A stretch of DNA of 64,000 nucleotides from a virus. Taxonomy: Duplodnaviria; Heunggongvirae; Uroviricota; Caudoviricetes. The DNA lies in IMG/VR virus record IMGVR_UViG_3300028805_001692, positions 45,613-109,612 of that record; one strand, 5' to 3'. A program made the position numbers and the translations under genes. Below the pieces are notes generated by a model. It had not been told where the DNA came from, made no database searches, and was given only the letters and a program-made list of their open reading frames with translations. Within the stretch, counting starts at the first letter, position 1; every line of letters begins with the position of its first letter. Positions 20,102 through 30,489 of the stretch are shown here, one piece after another.

Positions 20102-22432
20102 TTAAATCTGTCCAAAGCTACCATAGAAGTTAACCTTTATAAAGTGTTCTGGGTTTTCATCCTTAGTCTCAAGAACAAGGTTATTTTCATCCTTTGCAAC
20201 TGCTGCATGTAGTTCGAATGGGTTCTTTGACCAATCAACCAACTGACCGTCGATTTCATTCTCCCTTGCGATAGCACGCTCAATCTCAGCATTGATTGCA
20301 TCCCAAAGCTGTGCTTCAACTTCCTGTGCTCTTGCAGTCTCTCCATTGATACCGTCCCAAAGCTGAGCCTCAACCTCCTGTGCTCTGTTTGTTTCAGCCT
20401 CAATTGCAGCCCACTGCTGGTTGTCAATCTCTTCTCTAATTCTAGCCTCCTCGTTAATTGCTGCCCACATCTGAGAATCAACCTCAAGTCTATCATTGAT
20501 TTCCTTATTAAGAGCATCCCAAATCTGGTTGTCAACATCTGTCCTAGCTGAAGTTTCCTTAGCAATAGCCTCCCAAAGCTGATTATCAACATCCGTTCTT
20601 GCAGAAGCCTCCTGTGCGAGTGCATCCCAAAGCTCCATATCAGCCTCTGTTCTAGCAGAAGCCTCCTGTGCAAGAGCATTCCAAAGGTCTGTATCACCAC
20701 TGATTCTCTCTTCACGTTCTGTGATAATCATACCACTAAGGATAATATCACTCTCGATACGCTCCTCACGTTCTTGCTGAATCATTGGAACGATAATCTG
20801 TACAATTCTCTCAACAACAAGGTCATCGGTATTTACAAGAATCTTGTTACAACCTTCATCCTCAGTGAATACCCTGTACTCAATGTTACTCTGTGCAGCC
20901 TTTGGTATCTCTACCTCAATGCAGTGAGGAAGATTCTCCTTGTCAGTCCAACAAACGTTGGTAGTAGTTCCTGTACCCTGGTCGAAACATGGGTTTTCAA
21001 CAACAACTGTGTCACCCTCATGCATAATCTTCTTCTCCCAATAGTAACCATTCCACTCGTTGATGAACATTTCAACTCTCTTCTCAAGAACCTCACCGTT
21101 GTTAACCTCAAGAACCTCTGGAGTTTCACCACCAACCTCATACTCAATGAATCCTTCCTTGTCAGCGTAGTTTGAAGCAAGCCAAATCTGTCCGCTTTCT
21201 GGGAATAGGATAGTCTTATAAAGAACACCGTCTATATATTCACTGTCATAGTAGTTGTTACCATCGTAGTCCTTGACAAGCCTTACTGAATAGTAAGGAC
21301 TTGGACACTCTGCAACCTGTGAAACGCCACCCTTATTCCAGTCAAATATCTTTACGTATACATCCTGGTCTGGGTCATTGTAAACTGGCGTTGTTGTCCA
21401 GAATACAGCCTGCTCCTTGAAGTTAAATGCCTGTGGCCTTCCGTGTGTATCAAGACTTGCTACACCAGCTGGAAGTATTGACATTCCATATTTGTCAACA
21501 CCTACTGGAGACTCTGGATTATATGCAGGAACGTTGTCTGCTGTGTAACCAGACTCATCAGTAACGTATGATTCATCCTCCCAGGTACATCCTGTATTAG
21601 GTTTAGTAATTGTACATTCACAATCTGGCTGTCCAAGCCAACCACATTCTGACTTAAGGAACTTGCCAGCATACTTACCAAGCTCTACATGACACTTAGC
21701 TGAGTTGTGGTTCTGATACTCACAAGGTTCAAGGGAATTAAGTAATGCATCCCAGTCTGCCTTGGTAGGAACTCTCCAACCATAACGTCTTTCATAGATT
21801 TGGTGTTTCTTGTTCTTCTGGCTGTACCTGTCATCAAGCTTCTTCTGAATCTTAGCAAGACCAGCACCATTGTAAAGATAACCATAATCGTTTACATACT
21901 CCTTGGTAATATATCTTGTACCAAGCTTTGCAACCTCTGGAAGCGTACCGCCAGTCGTGAGGTCGAATACCTCCAACACTGGAGCGTACATACCAGTCTT
22001 CTCGACACCTGCTATTCCAAGTGGGGCATCGAGAGTACCATTACCCTTAAGAGTACCGTCAGTGATTACCTTCGTAAGTATGTCACTTCCTATAATGTCC
22101 ATTAGGTTGTCGGCAGTCAAGATGTTAGCAATTGTAACCGTCTTCTTACCTTCAGTACCGTCATATGAAATCGTAAGTGTGACACCACTTTCACCACATT
22201 CAGCATCGACATTAAGATTGTAGGTAACATCAGTAAGAGGCACAATAAGCTTCTCACCGTTGTTTCTTGTAAGTACAAGAATCTTCTCGTCCCTTACAAA
22301 TTCAGCAGACTTGATGTCGTTGTCCTTAAGAGTTAAGAAGTTGCTATCTATCTCGTTGATAGTCAATTTGCAATTCTTTGTAACGTCCTCTGGATAAGGA
22401 GATACTAATTTGTAATAGTAAAGTCCATTCAT
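20102..22432 (-). CDS. tail fiber protein with ~17-residue tandem repeats (776 aa)
   Basis: N-terminal module related to the 1535-aa fiber. C-terminal repeats 'LWDALAQEASARTEADME / LWDALAQEASARTDVDNQ / LWEAIAKETSARTDVDNQ...'. Confidence 0.55.
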   Translation of the reverse strand: MNGLYYYKLVSPYPEDVTKNCKLTINEIDSNFLTLKDNDIKSAEFVRDEKILVLTRNNGEKLIVPLTDVTYNLNVDAECGESGVTLTISYDGTEGKKTVTIANILTADNLMDIIGSDILTKVITDGTLKGNGTLDAPLGIAGVEKTGMYAPVLEVFDLTTGGTLPEVAKLGTRYITKEYVNDYGYLYNGAGLAKIQKKLDDRYSQKNKKHQIYERRYGWRVPTKADWDALLNSLEPCEYQNHNSAKCHVELGKYAGKFLKSECGWLGQPDCECTITKPNTGCTWEDESYVTDESGYTADNVPAYNPESPVGVDKYGMSILPAGVASLDTHGRPQAFNFKEQAVFWTTTPVYNDPDQDVYVKIFDWNKGGVSQVAECPSPYYSVRLVKDYDGNNYYDSEYIDGVLYKTILFPESGQIWLASNYADKEGFIEYEVGGETPEVLEVNNGEVLEKRVEMFINEWNGYYWEKKIMHEGDTVVVENPCFDQGTGTTTNVCWTDKENLPHCIEVEIPKAAQSNIEYRVFTEDEGCNKILVNTDDLVVERIVQIIVPMIQQEREERIESDIILSGMIITEREERISGDTDLWNALAQEASARTEADMELWDALAQEASARTDVDNQLWEAIAKETSARTDVDNQIWDALNKEINDRLEVDSQMWAAINEEARIREEIDNQQWAAIEAETNRAQEVEAQLWDGINGETARAQEVEAQLWDAINAEIERAIARENEIDGQLVDWSKNPFELHAAVAKDENNLVLETKDENPEHFIKVNFYGSFGQI

Positions 22433-22573
22433 ATTCTGTTATTATTTTTAATAATAAATATAAAAAACTATTGATTATATTTTGTTTTTTAGCACTATTT
22501 ATATGCATAAAAGTTTATAAACACAACAATTTTATATTCTTACTAGAAAAATAAGTAAAAAAAAAACAATAAT

Positions 22574-23995
22574 ATGTCTAAAAAAAATTATAAGTCTAAA
22601 AATTACTGGTTAATAAAAGAAAACGCCATTAATGAATCAAAAAAATATTCATCAAGAGCAGAGTTTTGTAAAGGTTCTTACGGAGCATATAAAAGGTCTC
22701 TTAAGAACGGTTGGCTAGATGAGATGACGTGGTTGACTAAAAAGAATGTATGTAAAGACCCAGTTGATACTGTATACAGATATTATTTTGAAAATGAGAA
22801 TGCTGTGTATGTTGGCAGAACAATATATCTAGAATTAAGAGACCATCAACATAGAACAAGAGAAAAAGATACTGTTTATAAATTTGCCAAAGAATTTAAT
22901 GCGGAAATTCCTAAAATCGAAGTATTGGAAGAAGGGCTGACTGTATTACAAGGTGCTGAAAGAGAAGATTATTGGGAGAAATATTATAGAAATAAAGGGT
23001 TTACTATAATAAACAAACAACCTTGCGGAAGTCTTGGCCATATGTGCAAGAAGTGGAGTAAAGAAAAATGCTTTGAAGAAGGTAAAAAATATAAAACAAG
23101 AAGCGAATTCCAAAAAAATGCACCGCAAGCATATCATTTATCGATTACAAACAACTGGATTGATAACATGACTTGGTTACCAAAAATACAAAATGTTCCA
23201 AATAAGTTTTGGAATGATAAAAATAACATAATTAATGAAGCAAAAAAATATAAAACTAGGGGTGAATTTAGAAATAAGTCTTGTGGGGCATATCGTGCTG
23301 CAATAAATCATGGCTACATAAATGAATTAACTTGGCTGAATAAAAAAAAGAATGTACCAAATGGCTATTGGCAAAAGAAAGAAAATGTTATAAACGAGGC
23401 AAAAAAATATAAAACTAGGGGTGAATTTCAAAAAAACAATGTGGGGGCATATGAATCAGCTAGAAAAAACAAATGGTTCGATGAAATGAACTGGTTCGAA
23501 AAACCAAAAGAAAGAAAACCAAAAGGTTATTGGAAAAACAAAGAAAATGTTATAAATGAATCAAAAAATTTCAAAACTAGAAGTGAATTTAAATTTTTAT
23601 CACAGAGAGCTTATGAGTCAGCTAGAAAAAACAAATGGCTCGATGAAATGATATGGCTAAATAATGATGATGGAAAACACCCAAAAGGATACTGGAAAAA
23701 TGAAAAAAACATTATGCACGAAGCAAAAAAATATTCTAATAAAGAAGAGTTCAAGGAAAAAAATTTAACAGCATTTCTAATGTCATATAGATACGGTTTA
23801 AATGAAAAAATGGACTGGATGGTTAAACAGAAGCAGCATAAGAAGGGATACTGGACTTACAACCACATAGAAGAGGAGGCACTGAAATATAATACAAAGA
23901 GTGAGTTCTTCAAGGGAAATCAGACAGCATACAGGGCTGCACTGAAGATGGGTATTATTGATGATTTCTTCGGACTTAATGACTATGTACAATAA
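22574..23995 (+). CDS. GIY-YIG-like homing endonuclease with eight ~48-aa tandem repeats
   Basis: 'VYRYYFENENAVYVGRTIYLELRDHQH' resembles I-TevI 'GIYQIKNTLNNKVYVGSAKDFEKRWKRH'. Repeats of 'EAKKYKTRGEFxKxxxGAYxAAxKNxWxDEMTWLxKK' are probably DNA-binding modules. Confidence 0.45.
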   Translation: MSKKNYKSKNYWLIKENAINESKKYSSRAEFCKGSYGAYKRSLKNGWLDEMTWLTKKNVCKDPVDTVYRYYFENENAVYVGRTIYLELRDHQHRTREKDTVYKFAKEFNAEIPKIEVLEEGLTVLQGAEREDYWEKYYRNKGFTIINKQPCGSLGHMCKKWSKEKCFEEGKKYKTRSEFQKNAPQAYHLSITNNWIDNMTWLPKIQNVPNKFWNDKNNIINEAKKYKTRGEFRNKSCGAYRAAINHGYINELTWLNKKKNVPNGYWQKKENVINEAKKYKTRGEFQKNNVGAYESARKNKWFDEMNWFEKPKERKPKGYWKNKENVINESKNFKTRSEFKFLSQRAYESARKNKWLDEMIWLNNDDGKHPKGYWKNEKNIMHEAKKYSNKEEFKEKNLTAFLMSYRYGLNEKMDWMVKQKQHKKGYWTYNHIEEEALKYNTKSEFFKGNQTAYRAALKMGIIDDFFGLNDYVQ

Positions 23996-24094
23996 AAAAT
24001 GAGCGAATCAGAGAGATTCGCCCATATGTTCGACAAGCCCATTGGACTTGTTTATAAATGGTCTGAAATTAGAATAGGTCTTGTGGCTGCTTAA

Positions 24095-24469
24095 TTAGAA
24101 TTTGCTAACACCTCTAAGATAATTATTTCTTACATTGGCTTGATAGTTTCCTATTGAACCGCCATTAGTCATCATATCTTGTGAGTGTTGTGGGTTTCTT
24201 TCATCATTATACCCAATTTGATTGGCAGTTTCTGCTGCATCATACGTTTGGAAATTTTGTGGTGTTCTATTACCTCTTGCTTTATACGCATAATCATCAG
24301 TGTTCATAGCAGCATCTCTATTTCCATTATTCATTTGTCTACCTTGAAGTCTTCCAAGCATATATTGACCTTTGGCGGTATCACCAATCTCATTTAGCAC
24401 TCTGTTTACAGATTCTTTCACAATCCTGTGAAGGTCACTCTCTGTAAGTCTTATAATCTTCTTAGTCAT
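24095..24469 (-). CDS. conserved-leader family protein (member 1)
   Basis: N-terminus 'MTKKIIRLTESDLHRIVKESVNRVLNE', shared with 32489-32878. Divergent N/Q-rich C-terminus. Confidence 0.5.
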   Translation of the reverse strand: MTKKIIRLTESDLHRIVKESVNRVLNEIGDTAKGQYMLGRLQGRQMNNGNRDAAMNTDDYAYKARGNRTPQNFQTYDAAETANQIGYNDERNPQHSQDMMTNGGSIGNYQANVRNNYLRGVSKF

Positions 24470-24553
24470 AATCTTCCTCGTTTTCTATATAAATATCTTT
24501 ATTTTCTCGTTTGTTTACTTCCTTGGCATATTAATTTATGTTATTGCCTTTAA

Positions 24554-25186
24554 TTATTTCAATTTAACTCTTGATAAAAAATCTTTTAAACAAGCATCCT
24601 CATCATAGTCTATGTCTCTAACTATTGAATATAAATCATCACAGTCCAAATTCTGTGTCTTCAAGAATTCAACATCTTCATTATCACCATTTCCAAATGC
24701 CCTCTTTAGTTTCCTATTAAATGCATTTCCATATGTGGGTATATATCCTCTGAAACGTTTTCCATCCCAATATATGAAAAACAATATAGGACACTCCCAA
24801 TCACCGCCAGCGTAGCATTTCAGATATGTTATACCTTTCCGTGTTTCAACTTTACCTATTGCGCCAAGATTTTCGCAATCATAGTCTATCTTAGATATAT
24901 CGTCCAGCAATATTGACAATTCTTTTGGTTTTTCCTTATTGTAATTATTACAAAACCTATACACAAAACTATCTAAAGAAAATTTTCTATCATCTTCTTT
25001 ATTTCTTTCATAAATCTCTTTAATTTTCTCCTCAAATTCTTTTGCCGAAATCTTTGCTGCCGTTCTACCGCCATTAGGAAGTTCAACATCTAGATTAACA
25101 ACATACCTTTTTCTGCCACCCTCTATAATTAATCTCAGTTGGGATTCATTTAACATTATTCTTTTCATACTTGTAATTATTCTCAA
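24554..25186 (-). CDS. conserved-leader family protein (member 2)
   Basis: N-terminus '...MKRIMLNESQLRLIIEGG'. Unrelated C-terminal domain. Confidence 0.45.
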   Translation of the reverse strand: MRIITSMKRIMLNESQLRLIIEGGRKRYVVNLDVELPNGGRTAAKISAKEFEEKIKEIYERNKEDDRKFSLDSFVYRFCNNYNKEKPKELSILLDDISKIDYDCENLGAIGKVETRKGITYLKCYAGGDWECPILFFIYWDGKRFRGYIPTYGNAFNRKLKRAFGNGDNEDVEFLKTQNLDCDDLYSIVRDIDYDEDACLKDFLSRVKLK

Positions 25187-27134
25187 TTATCAGTTGTTCC
25201 ATAAAACAGTTATATATCTTGAAAGACTTGAGATATCCTATAAAACTTCCAGCAAAGTTCTTCTCAATTGGATAAACCCTGGTAGGATTCAGCATATAGT
25301 TAGGTTGTATTGTTTCAGCAAGTCCCTGTGTTCCACCTCCAAGAGAAATATTGTATGGTATTCCCTCCTGTTTCTCATATAGCTCATGTAATGCCCTAAG
25401 CTCTATAGGTGGTAAATCCTGCGAAATATATACAAGTTTACCGTTTACGTAGAACATGAGCTTCATTTTACCCATAACAAACATCATCCTAACCATTACA
25501 GTAACCCATTCACAGTCTGGTATTACATTCTCGAATGAATATCCTTCTATAATCTTTGTCTTGTCACGCCCCTCTGCTTCGCAATCAACTGAAAGCATCC
25601 TGTATCCTATCTCACCATTATCAGTTATTCTAAATGCAAGTGCGTTATTATACAGGTCAGTGTATGGGTTGTAATAGTTAGCTGACTGGTCTCTAAGAGT
25701 ATCAATATCGCTCACCGTATATCCAGTCTTAGTTCTGTTCATGAGTATAAACAGATTGCCAGTAAACTGGCTTCTCCTTCCATAATACATAATTTGAGTA
25801 CCTTCTATCCAATCCTTAATAGTGTGACCATGCTTCGTGCGGTCAAAAATCATAAATTTATTATCAGTGTAGAAGTAGTACTGGTTAGCTTCAAACAAGG
25901 AGAAACCATTGTCTGTATAATAGATAAAATCTGTTATGTCAAGTTCTGGCTCAAGATATGCCTGGCATTCCTCAAGACTTCCAAGGTCTCCGAAATCACC
26001 TATGTATTCGTCTCCGAACTCAGTTCCCATCTTAAGTGGATTTGGGTCGAATGGGTCATCAGACTTCTTAGGTATCCTCTTATACGATATAGGGCATCCA
26101 CAGCCTCTGAAATACCTCTTGAGTATATATTCCTCACCAACCTCTCCGCAACACCATGTAAGTGTCTTATGAGGTTCGTCTTCATCAATTATTTTAGGTT
26201 GTTTTCCTGGACAATCACCACCACCAAGTACTTCCATTTCAAGGTAGTCTTCCATATCGTTCCAGTCACAGTAGTCATCTGCATACAACTCATCGTCGTA
26301 GTAGTTGTAATTGGTGTAGTCTCCAAGCTCGAATGGGTCATATCCGTCAAAATCTGGATTAGGGCTGTAGAAGTATCCTATTATGTAATCTTTCTTATCA
26401 ATTTCTCCACCTTCTACGAAATCTTCAACTCCAAGTTGGTAGCATTCTTCAAGACCGTCAACATCATCCTTATCATACTGATAAATCCATTTATTCTCAG
26501 ACCTTGTTCCAATGTAGAAAAATATACCCTTGTTCTCTGGGTATTTGTCATTAAGCGTTTTAGTTGACTCTGGCTCAAAATCACACTTCTTAAGCGTGAA
26601 CTCAAAATACATGTTATCACCACTCTTGAACGTAGATGGAAGTATCTTGTACTTATCACACTCGGTCTCAAAAAATCCCTGGAAGAAACCACCATTAAGC
26701 TTTGTCTGGCACTCTTCAATGGATAAAGGATACTCATACTGTAGCGTGTTTCCACTTACCGCATGAAGCTTAAGTCTTTTATCTTCTATTTCATACTTAT
26801 TTTCTTGAAATATTCTTATAAAATCCTTATTAGCAATCCTGTCTTTTCTGAATCTGAAGAGTCCATTGTCAACTCCAGTATATGTAATATTATATAAGGT
26901 GTATGGGTTGAATACAGCATCATCCCATGAATAACTATCTTTGCTATATAGCCACTCAGCACCATCGGTACATTCCTCATCACACAGGTCTATGTATGAG
27001 ATAAGACAGCCATCATATAAACCATCCGTCTTAAAAGAACCATATGAGTCCTTATTAACAAAGAAGTCCCAATATTCATCCTTGTTAATCCTAAGTCTGA
27101 GATTATGATAATTATTAACCTTTAAATTTGCCAT
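25146..27134 (-). CDS. hypothetical large protein (662 aa), acidic Y/D-rich
   Basis: Intact long ORF with a late-type motif upstream (27146-27173). No recognisable catalytic motifs. Confidence 0.45.
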   Translation of the reverse strand: MANLKVNNYHNLRLRINKDEYWDFFVNKDSYGSFKTDGLYDGCLISYIDLCDEECTDGAEWLYSKDSYSWDDAVFNPYTLYNITYTGVDNGLFRFRKDRIANKDFIRIFQENKYEIEDKRLKLHAVSGNTLQYEYPLSIEECQTKLNGGFFQGFFETECDKYKILPSTFKSGDNMYFEFTLKKCDFEPESTKTLNDKYPENKGIFFYIGTRSENKWIYQYDKDDVDGLEECYQLGVEDFVEGGEIDKKDYIIGYFYSPNPDFDGYDPFELGDYTNYNYYDDELYADDYCDWNDMEDYLEMEVLGGGDCPGKQPKIIDEDEPHKTLTWCCGEVGEEYILKRYFRGCGCPISYKRIPKKSDDPFDPNPLKMGTEFGDEYIGDFGDLGSLEECQAYLEPELDITDFIYYTDNGFSLFEANQYYFYTDNKFMIFDRTKHGHTIKDWIEGTQIMYYGRRSQFTGNLFILMNRTKTGYTVSDIDTLRDQSANYYNPYTDLYNNALAFRITDNGEIGYRMLSVDCEAEGRDKTKIIEGYSFENVIPDCEWVTVMVRMMFVMGKMKLMFYVNGKLVYISQDLPPIELRALHELYEKQEGIPYNISLGGGTQGLAETIQPNYMLNPTRVYPIEKNFAGSFIGYLKSFKIYNCFMEQLIIENNYKYEKNNVK

Positions 27135-27145
27135 ATTCAGTCATT

Positions 27146-27173
27146 AATATTTGTCATAAATAAATATTTATTT
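27146..27173. promoter_or_regulatory. palindromic late-type A/T motif in a divergent region (CATAAATAAATATTTATTTAATAATAAA)
   Basis: Self-complementary core TAAATATTTA. Lies between divergent genes 25146-27134 (-) and 27195 (+). Confidence 0.4.
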
Positions 27174-27194
27174 AATAATAAAACAGGAGTTATT

Positions 27195-27428
27195 ATGAAA
27201 ATAATTAATTTACATGAGTCCCAATACAATAGGCTCTTCGAGGACATAGAGAACTGGGGAAAGAGTCCTATAGCTGACTATCAGACACAGGATGAGGTCG
27301 TTACCACTTCGAAGATACATGATAAGGATGGTGATATAACAGACTCAGAACCTAAGGATACACAGGCTAAGCAAGACCAGATGTCAATGCAAGACTTTGG
27401 TGCAAGAACTAAAAATCGTAACTGGTAA
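27195..27428 (+). CDS. small protein with leader-family-like N-terminus
   Basis: 'MKIINLHESQYNRLFEDIEN' resembles the IIRLTES...(L/I)xE leader. The stop overlaps the next gene's start (TAATG). Confidence 0.4.
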   Translation: MKIINLHESQYNRLFEDIENWGKSPIADYQTQDEVVTTSKIHDKDGDITDSEPKDTQAKQDQMSMQDFGARTKNRNW

Positions 27429-27967
27429 TGGCATTATTTTTTGAAGACAGTGAGAAAGTAACCCAGAAGCAAATTCCAATACCTCAGAAATCCAAGGAGG
27501 TATTTAAAGCAATGGACATGCTTTATAAGCCTTATGAGGATAAGGCTGAGGGGGGTCATGTACTTAAGTCTCTAGCTAGCGACAAGCAATATAACAAAAA
27601 AGGTGAAAAAGCCGCAAAGAACGGTCAAACTGGCAACACCGATACCGTAAGTGTAGAGGATGCAAAGAAGAGACTTGAGAGAATGGATAAATTCGCACCT
27701 AATACGCCACAGTATCAAATGTACGGTGGTCAACTTGGTCATGACATCTACAAGAAGGGTATTGAGAAAGCTAGGAGAATCAATACTGTAAGTCCAGTTA
27801 AACCAGTGATGCCTACAGCACAGGGAGCGACAAAGCCTGCTGGAGTGGAAACAAAAGAAATATCAAAACCAAATGGTAAGATAACATACAATGTTACAGC
27901 TGAAAGCAAGAAAATATATGTGACAGAATCACAGGTTATGAAAATAAAAGAAAATCAAGATAAATAA
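27428..27967 (+). CDS. hypothetical K-rich protein
   Basis: 179-aa ORF, translationally coupled to its neighbours. Confidence 0.4.
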   Translation: MALFFEDSEKVTQKQIPIPQKSKEVFKAMDMLYKPYEDKAEGGHVLKSLASDKQYNKKGEKAAKNGQTGNTDTVSVEDAKKRLERMDKFAPNTPQYQMYGGQLGHDIYKKGIEKARRINTVSPVKPVMPTAQGATKPAGVETKEISKPNGKITYNVTAESKKIYVTESQVMKIKENQDK

Positions 27968-27969
27968 CT

Positions 27970-28452
27970 ATGGCAACAAGTCCAATTGAGAGAACTCTAA
28001 ATAAGATAGGAAATGTCGTACAGGATATTTTCACAGGACCTAGTGAACCGCCAGCAAAAGTTAGTAAATACCTAACTGGACAAACATGTCTTGAGAAGGT
28101 TGGAATGGAAGCAAGGAAAACTCACCTTCTGAGAAATGAGTGGAGAAAAGACCTTGAGTACTCAAAACCACTAGTACTTGCTGAATATCAGATACAAACA
28201 GAATTCAAGGTTTCAACATCTGATGATGATGTGGCAACGCAGATGCAGAATGCTGAAAAGAAACAACAAGAGAAAGATAGGAAGGCACGTGAAAAGGCTC
28301 AGAAGAAAGCTGATAAGAAAGCAAGGAAAGAAGAGAAAAAGTCTAATACAGTACAAGGCGTTGATGTACAACCAGGGGGTGACAATACAAAATCAAAACC
28401 TAACGAGCTTCTTAGTGGCATGATGACACAGCAGATGCTTGGTATTCATTAA
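27970..28452 (+). CDS. hypothetical protein carrying the 'GQTCLEKVGMEAR' motif
   Basis: Shares 'GQTCLEK(V/R)GME' with the next ORF. Lys-rich C-terminus. Confidence 0.4.
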   Translation: MATSPIERTLNKIGNVVQDIFTGPSEPPAKVSKYLTGQTCLEKVGMEARKTHLLRNEWRKDLEYSKPLVLAEYQIQTEFKVSTSDDDVATQMQNAEKKQQEKDRKAREKAQKKADKKARKEEKKSNTVQGVDVQPGGDNTKSKPNELLSGMMTQQMLGIH

Positions 28453-28510
28453 ATTAATAGAATAAAACTATTTATATTAAAAATAAAGTATTTAAAATTT
28501 ATAGAGAATT

Positions 28511-28939
28511 ATGGCAAATACAGTTCAAAACGGACAGACCTGTCTTGAGAAGAGAGGCATGGAAGAGAGACACCAGGAAATTACCCGTAGTGACTATAAC
28601 ATCGAAAACCAGTATGGTCCTACTCACAAGGATGCCATCAGTGACGGTGACGCACAGGGTAAGGGAACTGGACACGGTGGACACACACACTTCCTCCCAG
28701 ACTGCACAAAACCAACTACAATGATTAACTACAGTAACTTCGACACTGAAAACGGTGGAGGATGCTACGATATAAAGGGTAGAAATGGAATAAGTGGACG
28801 TGAGAGAGCTATGGCAATCTCAATCTATAACAAAGAGAACCCTTATGGAGCAAACTTGGTTGATACCAGTGCAAACGTTGCTGATGGTCAGTACTATGTA
28901 GGACAGCAGATTGGTAGTCCTAACTCAACTTGTGGATAA
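28511..28939 (+). CDS. hypothetical protein carrying the 'GQTCLEKRGMEER' motif
   Basis: Paralogous N-terminal motif. Gly/His-rich segment 'GKGTGHGGHTHF'. Confidence 0.4.
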   Translation: MANTVQNGQTCLEKRGMEERHQEITRSDYNIENQYGPTHKDAISDGDAQGKGTGHGGHTHFLPDCTKPTTMINYSNFDTENGGGCYDIKGRNGISGRERAMAISIYNKENPYGANLVDTSANVADGQYYVGQQIGSPNSTCG

Positions 28940-28960
28940 TAGATTTAAGTAATCTAGTAA

Positions 28961-29776
28961 ATGAATCACATTAACCTGTCTTTATCCCACATCCTAGAAT
29001 CAATACAACTAAACGAAGATTCTAACCTCGTTGATTTCAAGGATGCTAAGGATAAAATCAATTATGCCATCGACAATAGACTCATGATTTCTCTGTACTA
29101 TGACGATGGTAAAGGAAATGAAGGATATACACCAGCCTACGGAAACCCAAGAGGATTCCGTAGGATTGTTCCTTATTGCCTTGGAAGTAGGAATGGCAGG
29201 TTAGCACTAAGAGGCTTTCACGCATTCAAGAAGCACACGAAGAAAGGTCCGTTTAAGTGGAAGTTCTTCTACCTCGACAGAATGAAAAACGTAAGGGTTT
29301 ACCAAAACATGCATATAGATGAGATTCCAGCACTTGCGAATCCAAACGGAGACAAGCATATGGATAAAATTATCAACTACATAGGTATGAACAGATTCGT
29401 AAGCCCACTCGAAAGGGAAAGACGTAATACTAATGCAATTAAAAATTCAAAACCATCACAGACCAATAAAAAAGGTGCTGTAAAGACTGTAGGTAATGGT
29501 AATATAAACTCACTTCAAAACCTCAAACCTATACCTTCTAAGACCAAGAAATTACAATATAATTTCCAGAATACAAAGAAGAATATAGAAGACTTTGAGA
29601 AGCAGAATACACCTATGGTTAAACAGCAGAGATGGGCTGATTACGACAAGGCTGAAAGGGAAAGACAAGAACAGTTGAAACAAAGCCAAGCACCTAACCC
29701 TCCAACCAGTAATGCTGGACCTGTCAATAAAAATGATATGGAAGGTTACGAACAGAACATAAATAACAAGAAATAA
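28961..29776 (+). CDS. hypothetical protein
   Basis: 271-aa ORF. Confidence 0.4.
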   Translation: MNHINLSLSHILESIQLNEDSNLVDFKDAKDKINYAIDNRLMISLYYDDGKGNEGYTPAYGNPRGFRRIVPYCLGSRNGRLALRGFHAFKKHTKKGPFKWKFFYLDRMKNVRVYQNMHIDEIPALANPNGDKHMDKIINYIGMNRFVSPLERERRNTNAIKNSKPSQTNKKGAVKTVGNGNINSLQNLKPIPSKTKKLQYNFQNTKKNIEDFEKQNTPMVKQQRWADYDKAERERQEQLKQSQAPNPPTSNAGPVNKNDMEGYEQNINNKK

Positions 29777-29792
29777 TATATAATCATTTAAT

Positions 29793-30422
29793 ATGACAAG
29801 CCAGGAAGAAAGAGCAGCAAGAATTAAGGCTGCAAGAAGCAAATCTCTTAAACTTATGCAGATGGATGCAAACGGAACGTTAGATAAGATTGCAGAGGGT
29901 AAGAAGGATAGCATAAACAAATCATTCGATGATAATAATATAACTACAGATAGTCTACTATCATCATCAAAAGTTGATAGAACTAGTAGGATGTCTACAG
30001 GAAGGATGAGTGTAGCTGCTGGTAATGTTCCGTCAATAATTAGAGAATCATTCCAGTCACAGCCACCACTTGCGCAACAAGAGATGACAAGTTCAGTACT
30101 AGACGGTATGTTCGGTGATTTACTTACAGAACAAATTACACGCCCAGTCATGGAAGAGGATACACAACAGCCACAAGTACAGCAGGTTGTTCCTCAGTAT
30201 TCAGCACAAATTGATTATCCTATGATTAGAACTATTGTTGAGGAGATTGTAAGAAAATACACTACGTCACTAAGCAAGAAAATGGTGAATGAGAATAAAA
30301 GTAGTGAAGTAAATACAATAAGTCTTGGGAAAACATTTAAATTCCTTGCAAACAATGGTGACATTTATGAATGTACAATGAAAAAAGTTGGTAATATAAA
30401 TAAGAAGAGTGTTAACGGCTAA
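29793..30422 (+). CDS. hypothetical protein
   Basis: 209-aa ORF with a terminator hairpin overlapping its stop. Confidence 0.4.
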   Translation: MTSQEERAARIKAARSKSLKLMQMDANGTLDKIAEGKKDSINKSFDDNNITTDSLLSSSKVDRTSRMSTGRMSVAAGNVPSIIRESFQSQPPLAQQEMTSSVLDGMFGDLLTEQITRPVMEEDTQQPQVQQVVPQYSAQIDYPMIRTIVEEIVRKYTTSLSKKMVNENKSSEVNTISLGKTFKFLANNGDIYECTMKKVGNINKKSVNG

Positions 30423-30440
30423 CACTCTTTTTTTTTTATT
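30406..30440 (+). terminator. intrinsic terminator
   Basis: 9-bp stem agagtgtta / taacactct, loop acggc, followed by T10. Confidence 0.6.
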
Positions 30441-30489
30441 TTTATTATTTGATTATATGTTTTTTTAACTATTTTTTAAAGAAAAACAT

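Noticed and set aside
24001-24034. Hairpin gcgaatc-agaga-gattcgc after the GIY-YIG gene
   Set aside because: Only a 7-bp stem with no following T-run, so it is not convincing as an intrinsic terminator. It may be part of a 31-aa micro-ORF.
25794-26567. 257-aa plus-strand ORF
   Set aside because: It lies entirely antisense within the intact 662-aa gene 25146-27134, has a hydrophobic low-complexity product, and lacks an upstream promoter.
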